Part shown: positions 17,803 through 27,802 of the stretch, in pieces
Layout of the letters: every line of letters begins with the position of its first letter
Numbering within the stretch: the first letter of the stretch is position 1
IMG/VR virus record: IMGVR_UViG_3300047510_002055
Coordinates: 1 to 52,535 of that record
DNA length: 52,535 nt
Strand: one strand, 5' to 3'
From: a virus
Taxonomy: Duplodnaviria > Caudoviricetes
Position numbers and translations under genes: made by a program
The notes under the pieces: generated by a model
What the model was told of the DNA's origin: nothing
Seen by the model: the letters and a program-made list of their open reading frames with translations, nothing else
The model's database searches: none

Positions 17803-19111
17803 TTTTTAACAAACTCCACCAAAAATTATCTATACGATTAGAATATACATTTTGAAAATGTTTATAATTGTACTCTACTATTTCTTGAGTTTCTTCTATA
17901 AAAGTTTTCTTTTTATCCCGTGACCAATTAGTTATTTCTTTACAAACGTTTCCTATTGTTATCAATCTGTGATGGTGGTCCTCTATATCATCATAACTTT
18001 CATCAAACCATTTGCTAAAAGTTTTGTATCCTTTATTTTTAAGAGACTGTAAACTTTTAGGTGCTCCAACAATAATAAATGGTTGCTTAAATATTATAGG
18101 TTTGAATGTTTTTTCTGTTTCGGCAATCGCGTCTGTATATGCGTTAGTCTCGGTGACAATAGATATCAAACTCTTATCATAAAACTGTGTTAAGTTTCCT
18201 CTATTACCTATCGTCATATTAGAATGATTACTTTTATCTTCTGGTAATGTATCTATACGAAGGGGAAGTATAGAATTTTGTAATGTTTGAACTTCTGCTC
18301 CAGTAAGTCCGATTTTATTACAAAAATTAAAATCTACATTACTTACGAAAGAATGTATAGGTACTTCTGGATTGTATGCGGGAAGAGAAAAATAACTCTT
18401 CTCCAACAATCCTAACTTGTAAAATAATAAGGTTAAATCGATTCTATGCTGTCTATATCTGTAATTCAACGCCAAGAAGTCTTTTTCTAATATATCAATA
18501 TGTCGTTTTGTAACATATTCATCTGTTTGATGTCGTTGTGATAACTGCCATTCAAATGCATCCCATGATAACATATTCATTCGTTGATTTGTGGGAATAT
18601 TATTTCTATCGCAATATCGATTGTAAATTTGATTTACATTAGGACATCCAGTTTGGTATATTATTTTTTCTAATGGTATATTATGACATTTAAAATAATT
18701 GTGCATCAAGAAAAAGAAGTGTTCCTCAACAAATGATTCCAATGACATATCTAAAAATAAATAACCGTTTTTTTGTTTTATACCATGTAAAATATTATGA
18801 GATATGGATACGGATTCTAATAATCCATATTGAGTGCCAAATGAAAAAAATGCATCAAATGGTACCCTATGATGTAACTGATAATCATACAAGAATATAT
18901 CATTTTCTTGTATTGAGTACGCAGAACTCAGTTCAAATAAATTTGGAAATCTTTCAAAAAATGTTTTCCATAAAAACGGAGCATTAGCACGACTATTATC
19001 CACACTCACTGTGTGCATAGCGTTTGCTAATTCGTATACATTTGGTATTCTATTATTCGATAGTGGTCCTCGTGGGCCAATCCATTCGTAAACAACTTTA
19101 ATTTTCTTCAT
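17795..19111 (-). CDS. Putative glycosyltransferase ('ET...TEKTFKP' family, GT-B-like)
   Basis: 'FLALNYRYRQHR' and 'YDKSLISIVTET...ETEKTFKPIIFKQPFIIVG...GYKTFSKWFDESYD'. Confidence 0.45.
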   Translation of the reverse strand: MKKIKVVYEWIGPRGPLSNNRIPNVYELANAMHTVSVDNSRANAPFLWKTFFERFPNLFELSSAYSIQENDIFLYDYQLHHRVPFDAFFSFGTQYGLLESVSISHNILHGIKQKNGYLFLDMSLESFVEEHFFFLMHNYFKCHNIPLEKIIYQTGCPNVNQIYNRYCDRNNIPTNQRMNMLSWDAFEWQLSQRHQTDEYVTKRHIDILEKDFLALNYRYRQHRIDLTLLFYKLGLLEKSYFSLPAYNPEVPIHSFVSNVDFNFCNKIGLTGAEVQTLQNSILPLRIDTLPEDKSNHSNMTIGNRGNLTQFYDKSLISIVTETNAYTDAIAETEKTFKPIIFKQPFIIVGAPKSLQSLKNKGYKTFSKWFDESYDDIEDHHHRLITIGNVCKEITNWSRDKKKTFIEETQEIVEYNYKHFQNVYSNRIDNFWWSLLKNE

Positions 19112-19991
19112 GCTGAATTATCTTTTGGATTTGTGTTGCTACTTGTAGTTGATGTTGGGGTCCATAATGAGAACCATCTGCCGCACGAAATATTTTTTTT
19201 CCCGATTGCATCATATCCCATCCTGCTCCAATATCATAATCAAGTAAATTACATTGTATTCCCGTATACTTTTTTATCGACAATAAATCCGAAGTATTCC
19301 AGGATAACTGATTTGGTAAATTATATACTTTTACTCCCCATGCAGAGCATAGTGCGTTGGCTGCACTGAAATCTTCTATGAAATCATTACTCCATAGAGT
19401 ATTTGATTTTAATCTCATATCAAATATTTCATCTATTATTTTATCGTTGTTATCTAAATGGTTATCTATTCTCCATCTAAAATTTAAATGAACTGGAGAA
19501 CCTGCAGTCCTAATATAAGTATTTCTTGCTGCTTCTGTCCAACACAATAACACTCGTTTTGGTTTTGGTCTGTTTGATAAAAACCAAGAAAACAAAGTGT
19601 TCTTCATATTTTTATTACTGTTTCCACCCTTTGCAAGATTTACGGTTCTAGTATTTAATAAATTTTCGTAATGTGTAACCCACATTTCACTTTTTCTCAA
19701 ACCAATACCTTCAACAAACGAACAACCTAAAATCATATCAAACTCACCGTCTACGAAAGTATCGAATTCATCGGTTCTATAACCATAAGAATTAAGTACG
19801 TAAAAATTATCTTCTAATTCATAATATGGCCAATCAGTATTAGAAATTCCAAGTTCTGTAACTTTTTTAAAAGTCTTTTCGTACAAATCTTTTTCAAACG
19901 TCCCAGAAAATTTTGATTTTCTTTCCAATCCGTAGAATTGTACATAATTAAAAATATCATTAGTTGTATAACTGGGTTCAAACTTGTACAT
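19098..19991 (-). CDS. SGNH/GDSL-like hydrolase or acyltransferase
   Basis: 'NSYGYRTDEF', 'ILGCSFVEGIG', 'NLAKGGNSN' and 'DGSHYG'. I placed the start at ATG 19991 (AAGGA RBS) rather than 20075. Confidence 0.55.
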   Translation of the reverse strand: MYKFEPSYTTNDIFNYVQFYGLERKSKFSGTFEKDLYEKTFKKVTELGISNTDWPYYELEDNFYVLNSYGYRTDEFDTFVDGEFDMILGCSFVEGIGLRKSEMWVTHYENLLNTRTVNLAKGGNSNKNMKNTLFSWFLSNRPKPKRVLLCWTEAARNTYIRTAGSPVHLNFRWRIDNHLDNNDKIIDEIFDMRLKSNTLWSNDFIEDFSAANALCSAWGVKVYNLPNQLSWNTSDLLSIKKYTGIQCNLLDYDIGAGWDMMQSGKKIFRAADGSHYGPQHQLQVATQIQKIIQHEEN

Positions 19992-20958
19992 TTGATTTCC
20001 TTTTTGGTATAATAATGTCTGTACCGCATACACAATGAAACTTATTGCAGGTAATAGTTGTAGGACGAATTTCATCTACGTTTGATAATATACTACCAAC
20101 CACACCAGATACACCACAACTTGCCATAGTTATGATACCAGCAGGATTGATGAATACCGCATCACCAATATCACATTGCCAACCACTAAAGAAGTTTTGG
20201 CGTGCAATAATCACTTCATTACTGTTCATAAACTCGTTACTACCATCACTCCACTTTCCATATGAGATGGCAAGATTTTCTTTGTTTGGTTTGTTTGGAG
20301 CAAACTTTATTTCAAGTTGCTGGTGTTCTTTCAACCATTCTACTTTTTTATTGTCCGCATATTCCCATGGTTTTGCCTCAGAAGACATTTCATCGAATAA
20401 CGGTGTCCATTCTATAAAATATCCAGGAAGCTTATCTTTTAACATTTCCCCATACTCAACAACTTCCCAGAATCGTTCGTCGTGCATAAGTAATTTGTTA
20501 CACATATAATTAATTTTGTCACACAAAAATAGACTGTTCTGAAAATATCTATCCTTATCTACTTGTTCTATGTGGAAACTTGCGACAATATCATCAAATA
20601 GGTGATAATGTTTCTTCCACCAAGAAGTTGCACGACTCAAGTTTGTATTGATGGCAACGGTGTTGTTTGGAGCGTACGATTTGAAGAACTCAACAACAGG
20701 AATCAAGTTTTTCCAAATAGTAGGTTCACCACCACTTAAGTATAATTTAAACGCATTATACCCGTTCTTTTTATAATTATCTATAATCTGTCGTAGATTT
20801 TCTATGTATTGACGTTGATTTCCATCGTTTTTATGAAGTTTACCCCAATTACCAGGATTGCAATAACTGCACTTATAGTTACAGTTATCACTCACCTGCC
20901 ATGTAATTGCTAAATACTTTTCCTTAGGATAAACTTCTAGGAGTTTTCTTTCATCCAT
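19978..20958 (-). CDS. Radical SAM protein with C-terminal twitch/SPASM-like Cys cluster
   Basis: 'NCNYKCSYC', 'LSGGEPT', 'INTN' and C-terminal 'WQCDIG...ASCG...TCNKFHCVCGTD'. Confidence 0.9.
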   Translation of the reverse strand: MDERKLLEVYPKEKYLAITWQVSDNCNYKCSYCNPGNWGKLHKNDGNQRQYIENLRQIIDNYKKNGYNAFKLYLSGGEPTIWKNLIPVVEFFKSYAPNNTVAINTNLSRATSWWKKHYHLFDDIVASFHIEQVDKDRYFQNSLFLCDKINYMCNKLLMHDERFWEVVEYGEMLKDKLPGYFIEWTPLFDEMSSEAKPWEYADNKKVEWLKEHQQLEIKFAPNKPNKENLAISYGKWSDGSNEFMNSNEVIIARQNFFSGWQCDIGDAVFINPAGIITMASCGVSGVVGSILSNVDEIRPTTITCNKFHCVCGTDIIIPKRKSNVQV

Positions 20959-22214
20959 TTATATACATCCTCTAATTCGGGTATGTTTGAAAACAAATCT
21001 TCTTTTCGTATACCATCGTATAATTCACTTCTATCAAAAAATTCTTTTAGTCCACCGACATTTCCTTTAGCATTTTCTAATGCAGTTAATACGGCAAATG
21101 TTTGTCCCAAGTGATGTTCTACTTCTTCTGGACTAAATCTACCTCCGTGTTTTATTGCTGCGAATATATCTTTCCACAACTTTTTAGCTTCTAATGCGAT
21201 TTTTGGAGGTAATACATCCAATCCCATATACCACGGATTGGTTAATATATTTAATCTCAATCCATCTAACGGAATTACGTTATTATATAATAACCACTTT
21301 AAGAACTTAGGAAACTGGAACACATTATATATAGAAATCGTGGGGGTTATTCCAAACTTTGCGTGTGGAACTTCTCGTTTTAGTTCTGCGATATTCTCTA
21401 ATATCGTGTCCCACTTTGCTCCGTGACGTACATATTCAATAACTTTATCAGATCCATCCAAACTTGCCCAAATCTGTACGTTTGAAAACTTTTTCCAGTA
21501 GTCGATAGAGTTTTTATTCTTATATCGTAAAGTAAGGAAATTAGTGGTGTATGTCAATTCCACGTTAGTATGATTATTTTCTAACCAGTAGTCTAATATA
21601 TCATAATGCTCATTAGTAATAAGAGCTTCACCACCAGCAAAGTATACTTCTTCTACGTCTAACAAATATGGTGTTAGTTTTTGTAGTAAATCATTTTCTT
21701 CATTATTAGATACCACAATCTTTTTCATGTTGAAATGTGATTCTAATGTTTCTTTACCAAAATTCTGTTGGTGTTCTTCTGCCCAACGACTACTACACGC
21801 AGGTCCACAAGTACGACATTTCATGTTACATAAGTTACTAAATCTAATGTCTAAGTACTTTAGTTGAAACTTTTCTATGGTCCCGTCTGATTTTGTTAAT
21901 TGTACTAATTCTTTGGAGGAATCAAATCGTCTAGTGTTATTGGATTGTCTTAATGACCATATACCATAATTTTCCAAATCATAACATCTAGAACACTCGT
22001 CAACGTATTCATCGTTGAGCATTTTTACTCGAATTTCTTTATACTTTTCACTATTCATAATATCCAACACAGAATCTTTATCTGTACTGGACACTGGTTT
22101 CTGTGAGTCTGCCACACAACATGGTAACACCCGTTTGTCAGGCCATGCATGAAAATGTATCCATGGAAGAATACAAAAGTGTTTACTAGTCTTTACATTA
22201 TTCAATATTTTCAT
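20937..22214 (-). CDS. Radical SAM protein with N-terminal SPASM/twitch-like Fe-S domain
   Basis: 'FCILPWIH...LPCC...ECSRCY', 'LCNMKCRTC' and 'YFAGGEAL'. Confidence 0.9.
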   Translation of the reverse strand: MKILNNVKTSKHFCILPWIHFHAWPDKRVLPCCVADSQKPVSSTDKDSVLDIMNSEKYKEIRVKMLNDEYVDECSRCYDLENYGIWSLRQSNNTRRFDSSKELVQLTKSDGTIEKFQLKYLDIRFSNLCNMKCRTCGPACSSRWAEEHQQNFGKETLESHFNMKKIVVSNNEENDLLQKLTPYLLDVEEVYFAGGEALITNEHYDILDYWLENNHTNVELTYTTNFLTLRYKNKNSIDYWKKFSNVQIWASLDGSDKVIEYVRHGAKWDTILENIAELKREVPHAKFGITPTISIYNVFQFPKFLKWLLYNNVIPLDGLRLNILTNPWYMGLDVLPPKIALEAKKLWKDIFAAIKHGGRFSPEEVEHHLGQTFAVLTALENAKGNVGGLKEFFDRSELYDGIRKEDLFSNIPELEDVYKWMKENS

Positions 22215-23454
22215 ACCAGGCTCTCAGTTCTGGGAATGTACCAATAAATGTTTCCTCACGAATAGCGTCAAAATGTGTGGTCAATGATTTAAACTTTTGT
22301 TGCCATTCTTTATTGGGTTCTACATCTTCTTGTATAAAATGATAGATATCAGACAATCCATTCTTAATATGTCCATCTGGAACAGTATCTAACCAACTAC
22401 CTATTTTTTCTTTGGCTTCCTTCTTTAATTCCTTGGAAAGAACATTATTTAAATTATAATAATCGGGATTGATAAGTTTATAAAATGAGCATGAAGTAGT
22501 AACCAAATCTATGATACCATTTTCGTGTAGGTGATCAAGGAACTCTGTAATTGTAAGTACATTGAATATTCCTACTACGCAATTAAATGATATAGATACG
22601 TTAGGACAAGAGGATTTAATTTGTTTCAAATTTGAAAGTATGTCCGACCATACAGTACCGTTTCTCATGTATTCCGCACGTGTACCAAATGAATCTAAAC
22701 TACCATACACTTCGATTTTATCAAACTTATTCCATAAATCCAATACACTAATATCTTTAAACGTTAATCGACTACAGTTAGTGTTGTATCGAATAGTTAC
22801 GTTTGTACTGTTATTGTCAATCAAGTACTGAAGTATTTGGTAATGTTCAGGAGTAATAAGTGGTTCTCCTCCTGCAAAGTACAACATCTCTAGTTCCCCT
22901 AGATGTGGCTTAAATTCTTCAAGTAGTCTTGGGTCACCATTAGATGCGTGAGTTATACCAGGAAACTGACCATATCCTTGTTTATGTGACTCTGCTGCCC
23001 ATGTGGATGAAAACATATCACCACAAGTACGACATTTGAAATTACATAAATTACTAAATCGTACATCAAAATACTTTAAATTCATACCAGGAAGATACCC
23101 ATCTTCCAGTGTATCGTGTATTAAATCAAAGTGTTGTCCAAACTCATTGTTAGCAAAGTTTCTAAATGAATATCCACCCGAACCAGTGGATTCGTGTTTA
23201 TAACAGTTTGCACAACCTTCTATCCGTTCGCCTGCTAATAACTTTCTACGAACTTCTTTATACGCCTCACTATTCCAAATTTCTTTAACAGTATTTTCCC
23301 GCACATTGCCCACGGGATTTTCATACTTTGTTGTACAACATGGATACACATTTCCGTCTGTATTGACATACGTGTGTATCCATGGAAACATACAAAATGT
23401 TTTGTTATGTTCTAGTAATTTGGATAAGTCTGGAGTCTGGGGCATCTTTACCAC
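22198..23454 (-). CDS. Radical SAM protein with N-terminal SPASM/twitch-like Fe-S domain
   Basis: 'FCMFPWIH...DGNVYPCC...GCANCY', 'LCNFKCRTC' and 'YFAGGEPL'. The start may be ATG 23445. Confidence 0.9.
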   Translation of the reverse strand: MVKMPQTPDLSKLLEHNKTFCMFPWIHTYVNTDGNVYPCCTTKYENPVGNVRENTVKEIWNSEAYKEVRRKLLAGERIEGCANCYKHESTGSGGYSFRNFANNEFGQHFDLIHDTLEDGYLPGMNLKYFDVRFSNLCNFKCRTCGDMFSSTWAAESHKQGYGQFPGITHASNGDPRLLEEFKPHLGELEMLYFAGGEPLITPEHYQILQYLIDNNSTNVTIRYNTNCSRLTFKDISVLDLWNKFDKIEVYGSLDSFGTRAEYMRNGTVWSDILSNLKQIKSSCPNVSISFNCVVGIFNVLTITEFLDHLHENGIIDLVTTSCSFYKLINPDYYNLNNVLSKELKKEAKEKIGSWLDTVPDGHIKNGLSDIYHFIQEDVEPNKEWQQKFKSLTTHFDAIREETFIGTFPELRAWYENIE

Positions 23455-24823
23455 TCAAATAAAAGTTTTCGTATTCAGGAAATGTTTCTAAGAAATTTGT
23501 TCCTCGACGTTTATCATATTCGGTAAACCAATTATAGAAATCTTTTCTACCTTCAAGTACCTTTTCGGGAGAATATTCTGTAGTCTCCATGTACTTAACA
23601 ACCCGTTTAAATCGTTCTAACTCTAATTCAGAAAACTTTGTTACATCGTTTTCATCAGTATGTTTTTCCATGTACTTAAGAGTTTCGTACATATATGGCA
23701 TGAACTCTTCTTTCGGTAAAATATTCATATCATATTGGAGTGGTTCTTTTAAATACGGTGTATCAAACCGAATTTTTCTTTCTAATGGTCTATCTGGAGT
23801 ATCCGCAATAATTTTATTATACTTCTTTCTCCATTGTAAAATCTTCTTTAGTAATGAAGTGAATGTAGTAACTGTTAGAATGTTAAACGTAATCATAAAG
23901 GTTACGTGACTTTTTGTCATTCTAACGTATGTGTCGAGATTCTTTTCCCAGACCTTTAAATCTAAACCAGTACGAATATATTCTGCTCTCGGTCCCCATG
24001 TGTCAATACTACTAAACAGTTTAAACTTCTTAATAGAGTTCGTTTCTAGTAAGTCGCGAACGTTTTCAGACAAACGTACAACCCATTCATTCTTTCCACC
24101 CAAATTACTATTAATGTTCAACTCTAAATTCGGCATAGGGTCATCTTTTAACGAATCCAACAAACGCCAAGTGCTCTTGTGCATCAATGGTTCACCACCA
24201 GTCAATCGAAGAATGTTCAATGTTTTACGGACATCTGGCCACCAACGCCACCACGCTTCCACATAGGGGTTGGTTTCTTCTTCGTACATGGTGAACCAGT
24301 CAATATCATTTCTGTGATTGTTCACCATGGTGTAAGGACCATGTTGTTGAATCTCACGATAGTACCGCGATGATGCTTTGGGATGACAGTAACCACACTT
24401 GAAGTTACATTCATTACCAAAACTCAATTCAATGTATTCAGGATTGATATTGAAATCCCAAGGACTATTTTTTATTTCATCAAATCTATCTTCTGTGTAA
24501 ATTGATGTTGTTCGAATATGTCTGTCGGAAACATAGTCTGGACCTAATGCTTCGATGTTCCAACAGTATTGACATCCACTAGGCTTTTCCCCGTTAAGCA
24601 TTTGTAAACGTTCTTGTTTCTTTTGGGGGGTATTGTGTAATGCCGACGGATTGTCTTTAAGTTCCTCAATAGGAATCTTATGTGGCGCAGGATGATAACA
24701 ACTATGCGTTTCTCCAGTCTGTAGGTAAATGGTTACGTGATGCCATTTTGCCATACAGAAGGTTGGACTCAGTTGATTTGTTATCGGTAGAATTCTTTTG
24801 ATTCTATCTAGTTCATAACTCAT
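23405..24823 (-). CDS. Radical SAM protein with N-terminal twitch-like domain (divergent subtype)
   Basis: 'FCMAKWHH...HSCYHP...GCQYCW', 'ECNFKCGYC' and 'LTGGEPL'. Confidence 0.9.
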   Translation of the reverse strand: MSYELDRIKRILPITNQLSPTFCMAKWHHVTIYLQTGETHSCYHPAPHKIPIEELKDNPSALHNTPQKKQERLQMLNGEKPSGCQYCWNIEALGPDYVSDRHIRTTSIYTEDRFDEIKNSPWDFNINPEYIELSFGNECNFKCGYCHPKASSRYYREIQQHGPYTMVNNHRNDIDWFTMYEEETNPYVEAWWRWWPDVRKTLNILRLTGGEPLMHKSTWRLLDSLKDDPMPNLELNINSNLGGKNEWVVRLSENVRDLLETNSIKKFKLFSSIDTWGPRAEYIRTGLDLKVWEKNLDTYVRMTKSHVTFMITFNILTVTTFTSLLKKILQWRKKYNKIIADTPDRPLERKIRFDTPYLKEPLQYDMNILPKEEFMPYMYETLKYMEKHTDENDVTKFSELELERFKRVVKYMETTEYSPEKVLEGRKDFYNWFTEYDKRRGTNFLETFPEYENFYLSGKDAPDSRLIQITRT

Positions 24824-25461
24824 ATTTTATAACCTATGTTCATAAATCGTGTGAACTGCGAACAGTCTAATTCACCTGTATACATACTCTTCTTAATTTT
24901 GTTGGTCTTAATAAACTCTTTAAGAGTTTTCGTAGTCCTAACGTGTTCACCCTTTAATTCTTCAAAGTTGTTTCCTTGTAATGCTATCAAAACGTTTTTA
25001 GGAACATTATCGAACCACGTATTAAATACTTTTTGGTTTATATGTTCTGTTGCTGTGTTAACTATTAAACAGACATCTTTAGGGTAGAACTTGAAGTTCT
25101 CCATCTTTTCTGTTATAAAACTAATACGTGTATCATAATTTGTCAAGGTTTGTCCTTGTTTAACACAGTTTGTATCTACATCAATACTATACACGGTTGT
25201 TATATCTGGAAAATTGTCACGTAAAAACATAGCGTTTAAACCATGCCATCCTCCAAATACATACGCAGAACCTTGAAGAGTTTTATTTTCTTTCTTAAGA
25301 ACATTTTTTAATTCTTCAACTAACCATATCTTACTTTTTAGTTGACTTTCCCAAAAACATTCTAATAAAGAATATCGTTCTTCGGCAGTTTCAGCAGAAC
25401 GTATGACATTCATCCACGTACCAACTCTATGTGCAGGTATACCGTAACTATGAAACGACAT
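24820..25461 (-). CDS. Class I SAM-dependent methyltransferase
   Basis: Motif I-like 'YVFGGWHG', acidic 'SIDVD' and 'LIVNTATEH'. Confidence 0.7.
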   Translation of the reverse strand: MSFHSYGIPAHRVGTWMNVIRSAETAEERYSLLECFWESQLKSKIWLVEELKNVLKKENKTLQGSAYVFGGWHGLNAMFLRDNFPDITTVYSIDVDTNCVKQGQTLTNYDTRISFITEKMENFKFYPKDVCLIVNTATEHINQKVFNTWFDNVPKNVLIALQGNNFEELKGEHVRTTKTLKEFIKTNKIKKSMYTGELDCSQFTRFMNIGYKI

Positions 25462-25462
25462 A

Positions 25463-25576
25463 TTAATTGTAAATAAACGGATCTCGTTTTCTTAATTCTT
25501 CTAGTCTACGTTTGTTTATATATTGAACGGTCCACTTATATACCATTTCAACCAACCTGTCTAAGATTTTTCTCAT
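25463..25576 (-). CDS. Small protein, 37 aa (MRKILDRLVEMVYKWTVQYINKRRLEELRKRDPFIYN)
   Basis: Below the ORF-track cutoff and translated by hand. It fills the gap exactly, 1 nt after the upstream stop and 1 nt before the next ATG. Confidence 0.75.
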   Translation of the reverse strand: MRKILDRLVEMVYKWTVQYINKRRLEELRKRDPFIYN

Positions 25577-25577
25577 A

Positions 25578-27800
25578 TTAGTTTCCCAGAACATTTAATG
25601 TTTTCTTTGTTTCTATTTCTTTGGGTTTAGTTACTCGTCTATACATTTCGAAATCACCCCAGTCCCCTTCTCCGGTATATCTGTAGGCGAATGAGAAGTC
25701 TATAGTTTTATTCAACATTTCTTCTTCTTGTAACAATAAACTAAAATCTACGTGGTTTCTACCTTCCATTCCCCATGATGGTTTTGCTAACTTTCTGGCT
25801 CTTACCGCGGTATTAGACATCATTCTACTATAGTCCTGTGCAAAGAACGGACCTTTTCTACCAGGTTGACCATTTGGTTGAAGTTGGTCTGGACGTTCTC
25901 TTGTATCTAAATGGTTGTCTACCTGTTCAAACTTCATATCAAAATCAGCTAACCATTTACCATCATCTGTAATTGAAAATCTGTATTCTGCGGTATACAT
26001 ACCTGGTCCAAATTGCCATCCGAATTCTTTAATATCAATCTCTGGATTAAACTTGACCACCGCATCATATCCACCACGTGTCTTCCACAACATTCTGAAG
26101 AATGGCCACATCTCGTTTACAAGAGTGTCTGCGAACGGATTAATATTAGGTTTGATTATTCTATAATCGAAATCTTCGTATTCAACTTCTCTCAAAGTAT
26201 TAGGATTATGTAGTTTAATACTATAATGTTCCTTTTCTAAATTGAAACGAATAGGATACCCGAATGGAGTTTCCGTACATCCACGCATAAAATCTAAGAA
26301 CATATGGAAAGTTTTCACACGATGCATTACATGAGTACCACCTTTTGTTAGGTCATGAGTAATCCAGTGTCCTTGATATTTGTGTGCACTTACATTAAAC
26401 TTGTGTGTGTTTTGCCCCACAATAGTTTCTGGACCCACTGCCATACCCACACCGGCACCCACGTTGTTGATGTTGTTGTTTCTCATTCTCCATAGGAATG
26501 TCATACTATCAGCAAAGTCTTGGAAATCTTCTGTGGGAAATCCCACAATCCAGTTGGTGGCGGCATAGATTCCCACTTCTTTACCATGACGGAAGTTGGC
26601 TTCCATTTCTTCAATTGTCACACGTTTGTCCATATCGTCTAGTACTCGTTGACTTCCAGACTCAATACCATAATTTAACATGATACATCCACCTGCCTTT
26701 AAGTCCTTAAAGTACTCCAAATCCATACGTCCATCACAACGACAATATCCTGTCCAATGAATCTTCAATTCCTTGGCTTCTACTGCCTTACAGAAGGCAC
26801 GAAGTTCTTTTAAGTTACCATTCACTAAACTATCGATGAACCAAATAACGTCTGTACCTTTATTATAATACAACCATTCAATTTCTTTTAATGCGTCCAC
26901 TGCACTCCGTTGACGATACTTCCAGAAATGAGTTTCTTCACAAAATGTACACTTTGCAGTACATCCACGACTAAACTGACTGTTAACTCCGTTTGGAATT
27001 TCATATTGCGAGAAATCAATACTTTCATAATCTGGCATAGGAAGATTATTGATTTGAATACGTTCTCCTTCTGGCTGAATCATAATGTATGGTTCTGTAC
27101 GAACCACACCATCTTCTACTTCCTGTAGGATGTCAAGAATAGCAGCTTCACCCTCACCTGCTACTACATAGTCATAATATGGTTCTATTTCAAACCAACT
27201 CTTTTTTGTATTACTTCCACCGATGGCAATCTTAATATCAGGTCTACGTCTTTTAATTTCTTGACACATCCACTTCGTGGGTTCTGCACTAATATAATAC
27301 ATAGTAAACCCAACAATCTGTGGGTCGAACTCTAAAATTTCATCTATGGTTTTTAGTAATAATGGTTCTAATACAGGATGAATGTCCTGCATATACGTTT
27401 CGGCTAACCAATGCCAACTCGCACTTGGATCCCACAAACGGAATGGGAGTTTTTGATTAGGCCACCAATCATTTTTAAACTCAGTGTACGCCCTCATATT
27501 TAAATCATAAACTTTTGTTTCGTACCCTGCTGTTTTAGCAATACCACTTAATAATGCTAAATTATATGGTGGGAAATGTGGTGCCCACTCTGGACATAAT
27601 ACTAATGCAAGTTTTGTTTTACGTGTCTTATAATCGATATAAACCGGTGTAACGTTGTGTTGTTCGAACGGTTTAGCATATGGTTTAATAGCCTCGAACA
27701 TTGCTACGTGTTTAGCGTCAGCAATATCTGGAGCTAACGCTTCTCTAGCTTTAGCTTCTTTCGCTAATTTAGTAAGATTAAAATCAATAGGTTCAGTCAT
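25578..27800 (-). CDS. Cobalamin (B12)-binding radical SAM protein (class B methylase-like)
   Basis: N-terminal B12 domain 'PPYNLALL...IVGFT...IAIGG...GEGE', 'SRGCTAKCTFC', 'YGIESGSQRVLDDMDK' and 'WIVGFPTE'. Confidence 0.9.
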   Translation of the reverse strand: MTEPIDFNLTKLAKEAKAREALAPDIADAKHVAMFEAIKPYAKPFEQHNVTPVYIDYKTRKTKLALVLCPEWAPHFPPYNLALLSGIAKTAGYETKVYDLNMRAYTEFKNDWWPNQKLPFRLWDPSASWHWLAETYMQDIHPVLEPLLLKTIDEILEFDPQIVGFTMYYISAEPTKWMCQEIKRRRPDIKIAIGGSNTKKSWFEIEPYYDYVVAGEGEAAILDILQEVEDGVVRTEPYIMIQPEGERIQINNLPMPDYESIDFSQYEIPNGVNSQFSRGCTAKCTFCEETHFWKYRQRSAVDALKEIEWLYYNKGTDVIWFIDSLVNGNLKELRAFCKAVEAKELKIHWTGYCRCDGRMDLEYFKDLKAGGCIMLNYGIESGSQRVLDDMDKRVTIEEMEANFRHGKEVGIYAATNWIVGFPTEDFQDFADSMTFLWRMRNNNINNVGAGVGMAVGPETIVGQNTHKFNVSAHKYQGHWITHDLTKGGTHVMHRVKTFHMFLDFMRGCTETPFGYPIRFNLEKEHYSIKLHNPNTLREVEYEDFDYRIIKPNINPFADTLVNEMWPFFRMLWKTRGGYDAVVKFNPEIDIKEFGWQFGPGMYTAEYRFSITDDGKWLADFDMKFEQVDNHLDTRERPDQLQPNGQPGRKGPFFAQDYSRMMSNTAVRARKLAKPSWGMEGRNHVDFSLLLQEEEMLNKTIDFSFAYRYTGEGDWGDFEMYRRVTKPKEIETKKTLNVLGN

Positions 27801-27802
27801 AA

